From: Candidatus Multivoradales bacterium
GTDB taxonomy: Bacteria; Acidobacteriota; Thermoanaerobaculia; Multivoradales; JAHEKO01
Assembly (NCBI GenBank): GCA_965223155.1
Contig: CBDCVR010000013.1
Coordinates: 256,001 to 320,000, forward strand
Reading direction: 5' to 3'
Length of the DNA: 64,000 bases
A program made the translations under genes and the position numbers. The notes under the pieces were generated by a model. It was not told the DNA's origin, did not search any database, and worked only from the letters and a program-made list of their open reading frames with translations. Numbering within the stretch: the first letter of the stretch is position 1; each line of letters starts with the position of its first letter. Below, one piece after another: positions 57,852 to 64,000 of this stretch.

Positions 57852-58724
57852 TCAGCCGGCGTTGATCCCGAGGGATTGCAGGCGCTGGCGAGCCAGGTTG
57901 GCTTCGTCGGACTGCGGATACTGCCGGACCACGTTGCGCAGTTGCACCACGCCCTGCTCGCGCTGGCCCACCTCAAGGTAAGCGTACCCCTTCTTGAGGA
58001 TCGAGCTCGCGGTCTTGTCGCTGCGCGGATACTTCTTGAGGATGCCGTCGAACTCGGTGATGGCCTGGGAGTACTTGCGCTGGGAGTAGAGCGATTCGGC
58101 GATCCAGTAGGCGGCGTTGTCCGCGAGCTCGGTCTCGGGAAAGGAGCTGAGATAGGTGCGAAACGCCCGGATCGCCAAGTTGTAGTTGCCGCTCAAATAG
58201 TCATGATAGGCCGACTGGTAGAGTTCCTGGGGATTCTGCGGCGGGGTGGTCGAGGGTGCGATCGTGGACGGGCCGGCCAGCGCTCCGCCCAGAGCGCTGC
58301 GCACCGCTTGCAGCTCCTGCAGTGTCGCGGTGGTCTGCTGCGACAGTTGCGCCAGGCGGTAGTTTGTATCGCCGAGGTTGGCCTGAAGCTGCTCGATCTG
58401 AGCGGAAAGCTGCTCGAGGCCGACCATCATGTCGGCTTCGGATTTCAGAAGCTGCGCGCTCTGGGTTGCGACCTCGTCGCGGAGATCGGCCACCTCCTCC
58501 TTGCTCGAGCTCTGCTGCTGGAGCTGGAGGACCTGTCGCTGGACGTCCGAGATCTGGGCGCTCAAGCCTTCGATGTCGCTGGACGACACGCACCCGGTGA
58601 CGACGAGCACCGCCGCCACTACGGTCAGGAGGTGCGATCGGGACCCGTTCAGGTTCGACCGCGTCGCGCGAATCGAAACCGTGCTTGGCTCAACCGTCTT
58701 TGTTCCAACCGGGCGCCCCACCAC
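57852..58724 (-). CDS. cpoB: tol-pal system protein YbgF/CpoB
   Basis: Lipobox VTGC, coiled coil, TPRs (NAAYWIAES, YPRSDK); start uncertain. Confidence 0.88.
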   Translation of the reverse strand: MVGRPVGTKTVEPSTVSIRATRSNLNGSRSHLLTVVAAVLVVTGCVSSSDIEGLSAQISDVQRQVLQLQQQSSSKEEVADLRDEVATQSAQLLKSEADMMVGLEQLSAQIEQLQANLGDTNYRLAQLSQQTTATLQELQAVRSALGGALAGPSTIAPSTTPPQNPQELYQSAYHDYLSGNYNLAIRAFRTYLSSFPETELADNAAYWIAESLYSQRKYSQAITEFDGILKKYPRSDKTASSILKKGYAYLEVGQREQGVVQLRNVVRQYPQSDEANLARQRLQSLGINAG

Positions 58725-58735
58725 TTGCGACGCTC

Positions 58736-59308
58736 CTAGCGCCGGCCGGTGATGACGAAGCGGGCGCGTCGGTTGAGCTGCCAGCAGGACTCGCTGGCCT
58801 CCATGCAGGTCGGCTTTTCCTCACCGTAGGTGATCGTGTTCAGGCGATCGCCCGAGACCGAGAGGGACCCCAGGTAGTTCTTGGCCGCGTTGGCCCGCCG
58901 GTCGCCCAGGGCCAGGTTGTATTCGTTGGTGCCGCGCTCGTCGCAGTGGCCCTCAACGTTGAAGACGAACTCGGGATAGGCGGCCATGAACTCGGCGTTC
59001 TGGCGCAGCCGGTCGCGCGCGTCCTGGCTCAGCTCGTACTTGTCGAAGGCGAAGTAGACATCGCCCAAGAGGCCGCGGCGCTCGGCTTCGAGCTGTGCCT
59101 CGACGATGTCTTCGGGCAGCGCATCCGGGCTCTCGTCGTCGGCCGTCGGCGGGGCCGGCGCCGGAGTAACGGTCTCAGCCGGCTCTTCGCTCTCTTCGAT
59201 GTCCATGGTCGGGGCCGCCGGAGGTTCCTCCTTGGGGCCGCACGCCACCATTGTGACGATGGTTACGAGGGCGAGAGTCCAAAGCAGGGCCGTCCATTTG
59301 CGGTTCAT
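58736..59308 (-). CDS. pal: peptidoglycan-associated lipoprotein
   Basis: Lipobox VAC, YFAFDK, EGHCDERGTNEYNLALG, YGEEKP, NRR. Confidence 0.95.
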   Translation of the reverse strand: MNRKWTALLWTLALVTIVTMVACGPKEEPPAAPTMDIEESEEPAETVTPAPAPPTADDESPDALPEDIVEAQLEAERRGLLGDVYFAFDKYELSQDARDRLRQNAEFMAAYPEFVFNVEGHCDERGTNEYNLALGDRRANAAKNYLGSLSVSGDRLNTITYGEEKPTCMEASESCWQLNRRARFVITGRR

Positions 59309-59418
59309 CGCGATCTCCTTTTGCGCTAGCCTTAGATGCAAAGTAGGACTGAAAACTCCATAATCCATCGGACTTTAGCAGAAAAAATTTCGGCCCTGCA
59401 ATAGGTTTCGATGTTTGT

Positions 59419-60795
59419 TTAGTTCAAATATCCGGACCAGGCCGGGGCCCAGTTGTTGCCCGTCCGGGTGAGTTGGCGGCGGCCGCCGCCGTCCAGATCC
59501 ATGGTGAAGATCTGGTACTCGCTGCCGGCCCGGCTCGACAGCAGGGCCGAGTACGCCAGCTTGCGGCCATCGGGAGAAAAGGTGGGGGACTCGTGACTGC
59601 CGGGAGCTCCTTCGGTCAGAAAGCGGGTTTCCAGCGTCACCAGGTCGGTGATGGCGATGTCGAACGAGTTGTCGGACCGCCGCGAAGAGTGGGCGATCTT
59701 GGTGCCGTCCGGGCTCCAGGAGGCGCCGTCGTTGTAGTTGCCCAGGAAGGAGACCCGCCTCAAGTCCGCGCCCTCGGCGCTCATGACGTAGATCTGGGGA
59801 CTGCCGGAGCGGCTGGAGGTGAACGCGATGTCCCGGCCGGTCGGACTCCACGACGGGTTGGTGTCGATCCCGCGTGAGTTGGTCAGCCGCCGGAGATCAC
59901 TGCCGTCCCGCTTGCAGGTGAAGATCTCGGTGTTGCCGCCGCCGATTGCGCGCGTGAACACCAGACGCCCGCCGTCCGGAGAGTAGGACGGCGAAGCGTT
60001 GAATCGGCCATCGGTCACCACCGGTCCCTTGCGGCCGGTGCGGAGCTCCACGACGTGGAGACCGGGGGTTCCGGTGAGATACGAGACGTAGGAGATGACG
60101 TCGCCCGCGGGGCTCCAGGCGGGCGACATCGACAGAGTGCGGTGGGCGGTGATCTGACGCTGGTTGTGGCCGTCGAAGTCCATGAGAAAGATCTCGCGCC
60201 CGCCCGCGTCGGCTCGATCGCTGTGGAAGGCGATGGCCGTGAGGCCGACGCCGCGCTTGCCGGTGAAGTAGAAAACGATCTCATCGGCGAAGGTATGGCC
60301 GATCCGGCGGGCCAGCTCGAAGCCGCCGCGATAGCGCTTGCCGAGCACCGCTTCGGCGCTCTCCAGGCCCCAGACGCGGCCTTCGAGGACGATGCGGCCC
60401 GGCTCTTCCAGGATCTCGCTCTCGAGCAACAACTCGTTGCCCAGCGATCGATACTGGCGGTAGTCGGAGAGGGGGTCGCCGCTCAGGTCGAGGACGGCGA
60501 GCTGCTCGGGGCCCTGAAGGATGAAGACCCCTGAGGTCTCGAGATCGGAGCGCAGGACGTCGAGCATCTCGGTCGCGGCCTCGCGCGCGGCGGGCGAGAG
60601 GGCGGAAAGGCCTTCCGGATCCGGAACCGCGAGCCGTAGCCGCCCGCGTGCGGTGCCGTCGATGACGACGGTGATGTCGTCTCCAGGCGGCAGCGGCTCT
60701 TGGGCTTGGAGGGTGACCAGGGCCGGCAGCGCCAGGAAGGCGCTGACGATGACGGCGGCGCCGAGAACGGTGCGCGCGCGTTGATTTCGGATCAT
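59419..60795 (-). CDS. tolB: Tol-Pal beta-propeller protein TolB
   Basis: Repeated PxWSPxG (PD40) motifs; gene context. Confidence 0.92.
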   Translation of the reverse strand: MIRNQRARTVLGAAVIVSAFLALPALVTLQAQEPLPPGDDITVVIDGTARGRLRLAVPDPEGLSALSPAAREAATEMLDVLRSDLETSGVFILQGPEQLAVLDLSGDPLSDYRQYRSLGNELLLESEILEEPGRIVLEGRVWGLESAEAVLGKRYRGGFELARRIGHTFADEIVFYFTGKRGVGLTAIAFHSDRADAGGREIFLMDFDGHNQRQITAHRTLSMSPAWSPAGDVISYVSYLTGTPGLHVVELRTGRKGPVVTDGRFNASPSYSPDGGRLVFTRAIGGGNTEIFTCKRDGSDLRRLTNSRGIDTNPSWSPTGRDIAFTSSRSGSPQIYVMSAEGADLRRVSFLGNYNDGASWSPDGTKIAHSSRRSDNSFDIAITDLVTLETRFLTEGAPGSHESPTFSPDGRKLAYSALLSSRAGSEYQIFTMDLDGGGRRQLTRTGNNWAPAWSGYLN

Positions 60796-60831
60796 GTGGG
60801 ACTTCCTCAGGCTGGTGAAAGGGACACGGGC

Positions 60832-61608
60832 TCAGCGGACGATGAGATTTACGCCCAAGGAGCTCTTCTCGTAGCTTTGGGGCAGCGGCGGCAGCGGCGA
60901 GGCAAGGCTCACCGCCCGGAACGCGGCCAGATCGAACGCCGCGTTGCCGGACTCGGAGACGATGTCGATGTCGATCAGCTCGCCGCTACGGGTCACCCGG
61001 AAGTGGATCATGCACTCGGTCCCGGGGCTGGCCGCGGGGCGCACCCAGCGGCTGCCGATGAGAGCGATCATCTGGTCGATGTAGTAGCCGTAGCGGAAGC
61101 TGGGATCGTCCAGGGTGGCTTCCGAACTTCCGAACGGAGAGGTTCCCAACGCGGTGCCGTCGAGTCCGCCGCGGCGCTGGGTGGGCGCGGACGGCCGGTC
61201 GTCCCTGGATGCGGTCGAGTCGGAGGATCTCGTAGTCCGCTCCGGGGCCGGATCGGACCGGCGCGTGGAGGGCTCCAGGGAGAGCGCCGGCTTGGGCTCG
61301 GGCTCGTCCGGAGTCTCGGTCTCGGCCACCGCGGGCTTCGGCTCCTCAGGCTTGGGGCGCTCGGGCGGTCGTTCGGTGGCCGGCGGCGCGGTCGGGCTGC
61401 CCAGGGCCTTGGCCGGGACGATCATCACCTTGGTGTACTGGATCGGCGGCTTGTTCTTGGCGGCCAGGGCGGGCGCCAGGGCGATGGCGCCGCCGAGGCC
61501 GACGTGGACGATCCCGGCCAGGATACCCGCGGTCATGCCGCGGCGGCGCTGGCTCTTGCGGCCGGCGGCGCTACGGCTTGCGAGGATCTCGTCGACCCGA
61601 TCGCGCAC
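60832..61608 (-). CDS. TolA/TonB family protein
   Basis: TM with His, Pro/Glu-rich linker, SGNAAFDLAAFRAV...PLPPLP. Confidence 0.85.
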   Translation of the reverse strand: MRDRVDEILASRSAAGRKSQRRRGMTAGILAGIVHVGLGGAIALAPALAAKNKPPIQYTKVMIVPAKALGSPTAPPATERPPERPKPEEPKPAVAETETPDEPEPKPALSLEPSTRRSDPAPERTTRSSDSTASRDDRPSAPTQRRGGLDGTALGTSPFGSSEATLDDPSFRYGYYIDQMIALIGSRWVRPAASPGTECMIHFRVTRSGELIDIDIVSESGNAAFDLAAFRAVSLASPLPPLPQSYEKSSLGVNLIVR

Positions 61609-61610
61609 GG

Positions 61611-62030
61611 CTAGAGCCGATCCTCCGTGACCAGGCCCACTTGGGTAATCCCGCCTTCGTTCAGGACCGCCAGCACGTCCATGACGTTGCCGTAGGGCAG
61701 ATCCCGGTCGCCCTTCAGAAACACGCTCTCGCCGGCGCGTTGCTCGAGAATGGGCGTCAAGCGCTCGATCAGCTGGGTCGGATGAATGGGCTCGTCTTCG
61801 ACGAAAACGAGTCCCTCGCGGTTGACGGACAACACCAGCGGATCCTCCACGTTCATGGGCAGGATGTCGGCGTTGGCTTCGGGCAGATTCACTTCGATGC
61901 CTTGGTGCAACATCGGTGCCGCGATCATGAAGATGATGAGAAGCACCATCATGACGTCCACGAGAGGAGTGACGTTGATCTCCGCCAGCAACGGATCTTC
62001 GTCGCCGGCGGGCATGAGACTGAAAGCCAT
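61611..62030 (-). CDS. tolR: TolR/ExbD family protein
   Basis: EINVTPLVDVMMVLLIIFMI; start ATG 62030. Confidence 0.9.
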   Translation of the reverse strand: MAFSLMPAGDEDPLLAEINVTPLVDVMMVLLIIFMIAAPMLHQGIEVNLPEANADILPMNVEDPLVLSVNREGLVFVEDEPIHPTQLIERLTPILEQRAGESVFLKGDRDLPYGNVMDVLAVLNEGGITQVGLVTEDRL

Positions 62031-62056
62031 TGCGGAGCCTCGCTTTCCGGTCCGGG

Positions 62057-62854
62057 CTACGTGAAGTTGCGTTCGGCCAGATTGATGAATTCGAGCAGGA
62101 AGTCTTCCATCTCCACGCGCATCTGGCGGACGCGATTGGCGAAGTAGTTGAACCCGATCAACGCCGGGATCGCCGCGGCCAGTCCGGCCGCGGTGTTGAT
62201 CAAGGCCTCGGCGATGCCGGGTGCCACCGTCGCCAGGGAGGTCGAGCCGGTTACGCCGATGTCGCGGAAGGCGATCATGATGCCCCAGACCGTTCCGAAG
62301 AGGCCGATGAACGGGCTGGCCGCCGCCGTCGTGGCGAGGAAGCTCGTGCCGCGGCTGAGAACGGTCTGCTCGACCGAGATCGCCCGGCGCAGGCTGCGGC
62401 GGAGGCTTTCCAAGGAGCGAATCCGGTAGCCGCCCGAGGCGGCTCCCGCGGCGTCGGCTCCGGCTGCCTTGATCTGGCTGTCGAGCTCCGCGTAGCCCGC
62501 TTGAAAGAGACCGACGAGCGGAGAAGCGCTGAGCCGCGAGGCGGCGGAGTTGACCTCGCTGAAACGCTGGCTCGAGCGGAAGGCCTCCATGAACTCGGCG
62601 GTCTGGGCCGAGACCTTGCGAAACTGAGCCGCCTTGCCGAGCATGATCGCCCACGAGCCTATCGACATTCCCGCCAGGATCAGGAACACCAGCTTGGCGA
62701 TCGGCCCGGAGCTCCAGAAGAGCTCGAAAATCGAGGGCGCGCCGGCGTGGCCGGAGGCGCCGGCAGGGCCCGCCTGAGCCATCAAGGCAAGCTGGGCCGG
62801 CACCGCGAGTCGGGCCAGCGGAGGCAGGAAGAATGTGCTCTCGAACGCAACCAT
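62057..62854 (-). CDS. tolQ: TolQ (MotA/TolQ/ExbB family)
   Basis: SPFIGLFGTVWGIM, APGIAEALINTAAGL; start uncertain. Confidence 0.92.
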   Translation of the reverse strand: MVAFESTFFLPPLARLAVPAQLALMAQAGPAGASGHAGAPSIFELFWSSGPIAKLVFLILAGMSIGSWAIMLGKAAQFRKVSAQTAEFMEAFRSSQRFSEVNSAASRLSASPLVGLFQAGYAELDSQIKAAGADAAGAASGGYRIRSLESLRRSLRRAISVEQTVLSRGTSFLATTAAASPFIGLFGTVWGIMIAFRDIGVTGSTSLATVAPGIAEALINTAAGLAAAIPALIGFNYFANRVRQMRVEMEDFLLEFINLAERNFT

Positions 62855-63032
62855 CGCGGGCGCGCACAAGGTAGCACGCTCTCCGGGTTTCGTCCACGCG
62901 CGCACTGGCATTTCCGTTCTTGACCGGAACCCGGCGCCCTAATAGGGTCATGACTCCACGCGAGCCGCCGTCCGCCGTCCGGTTCCGGGCGCTCGGCGCG
63001 GCTCACCAAGGCAGAGAATCGAGAGGTTGACC

Positions 63033-63818
63033 ATGAAGATTGGTGTCTGCGTCAAGCAGGTTCCGGATACCGAGGCGAGGTTGCGCTTGCGCAAGGACGG
63101 TCTCGGCATCGACGAGGAAGACCTGCCATTTGTCGTCAACGAGAGCGACGAGTTCGCTCTGGAAGAAGCCCTCAAGATCGCCGAGGCGATGAACGGAGAA
63201 GTGATCGTGTTGAGCCTGGGTCCGGCGCGTGTGCGCGAGGCCCTGCGCAAATGCCTGGCGATGGGCGCGAGCCGCGCCGTGCATCTGGATGACGAGGCCT
63301 TTGCCGGCGGTGATGCCCTGGCCAACGGCCGGGCTTTGGCCGCCGCCATCCGGGCCGAGGCCTGCGATCTGGTGCTGACCGGCTCGCAGTCGGATGACGT
63401 CGGCTACGGCGCCACCGGTTCGGTCGTTGCCGCCGAGCTCGGTTGGGCCCATGCCTGGCTGGTGATGGGGGTCGAGATGGAGGAGGGCTCGGTCAAGGTC
63501 GTCCGCGAGATGGAGAGCGGCGTCAACGAGGTCGCTCGCCTGGCCCTGCCGGCGGTGATCGAAGTGCAGGCCGGTATCAACCACCCGCGTTACGCCTCGC
63601 TCAAGGGCATCATGCAAGCCAAGAAGAAGGAGATCGCGAGCCGCACGCCCGCCGATCTCGGACTGGAGCTCGATCGCGTGGGAGCCGCCGGCTCCCGGTT
63701 GGAGACGCTGGGGGTCTTCTTTCCGGAATCAGGGGAGGGTGCGGAGATTTTCGAGGGCGAGGCCGCGAGCTCGGTGGCGAGCCTGGTGGACCGGCTCCAG
63801 GAAGCGAGGGCACTGTAG
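63033..63818 (+). CDS. etfB: electron transfer flavoprotein beta subunit
   Basis: CVKQVPD, DEFALEEAL, PRYASLKGIMQAKKK. Confidence 0.96.
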   Translation: MKIGVCVKQVPDTEARLRLRKDGLGIDEEDLPFVVNESDEFALEEALKIAEAMNGEVIVLSLGPARVREALRKCLAMGASRAVHLDDEAFAGGDALANGRALAAAIRAEACDLVLTGSQSDDVGYGATGSVVAAELGWAHAWLVMGVEMEEGSVKVVREMESGVNEVARLALPAVIEVQAGINHPRYASLKGIMQAKKKEIASRTPADLGLELDRVGAAGSRLETLGVFFPESGEGAEIFEGEAASSVASLVDRLQEARAL

Positions 63819-64000
63819 ATGAGTGGCAAGATCTGGGTGGTCGTCCAGACCCGGGGCGACGACGTACATCCGATGGCTCTCGAAACTCTGGTCGCGGGCC
63901 AGAAGCTGGGGGCCGAGCTCGGACTCGAGGTCGAGGCCGTGGTGCCCGCTGGCGACGATGTCGCGGCGAATGCGCTCGCCGACTGGCAGCTTGCCGGCGT
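63819..64000 (+). CDS. etfA: electron transfer flavoprotein alpha subunit (partial)
   Basis: ATG immediately after etfB; MSGKIWVVVQ...ALETLVAGQKL; runs off the window. Confidence 0.8.
   Translation, partial: MSGKIWVVVQTRGDDVHPMALETLVAGQKLGAELGLEVEAVVPAGDDVAANALADWQLAG

Noticed and set aside
61611-62951. 446-aa ORF as a long TolR
   Set aside because: The extension is an off-frame reading of tolQ; TolR starts at 62030

Overview
High-GC bacterial chromosome segment, probably Acidobacteriota (inferred from the acidobacterial-type VWA protein, sulfatase-like lipoproteins and gene order). Most of it is housekeeping: comEC, miaA, dnaE, a tRNA nucleotidyltransferase, rsmD, a partial complex I operon (nuoA,E,F,G,H,J,K,L,M,N) with rex, tRNA-Leu(CAG), rnr, der, an IHF/HU gene, a merR-type gene, tRNA-Pro(GGG), nusB-leuS-lptE, rpsT, the tol-pal cluster and etfBA. 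A ~10 kb accessory region without an integrase (about 41557-51765) follows tRNA-Pro. It holds three IS110/IS1111-type elements, one IS256, two families of palindromic repeats and several cargo genes, including a divergent nucleotide-cyclase-like protein. Main result: the 3' non-coding end of each IS1111 element can fold into a two-loop RNA supported by compensatory base changes. One loop matches both strands of that element's own insertion site and the other matches its donor junction. The two paralogous elements differ in these target guides and each sits in a different palindromic repeat family. This looks like a naturally retargeted bridge/seek-RNA recombinase pair lying next to several empty target sites. 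Coordinates, pairings and family calls were made by eye, without database searches.
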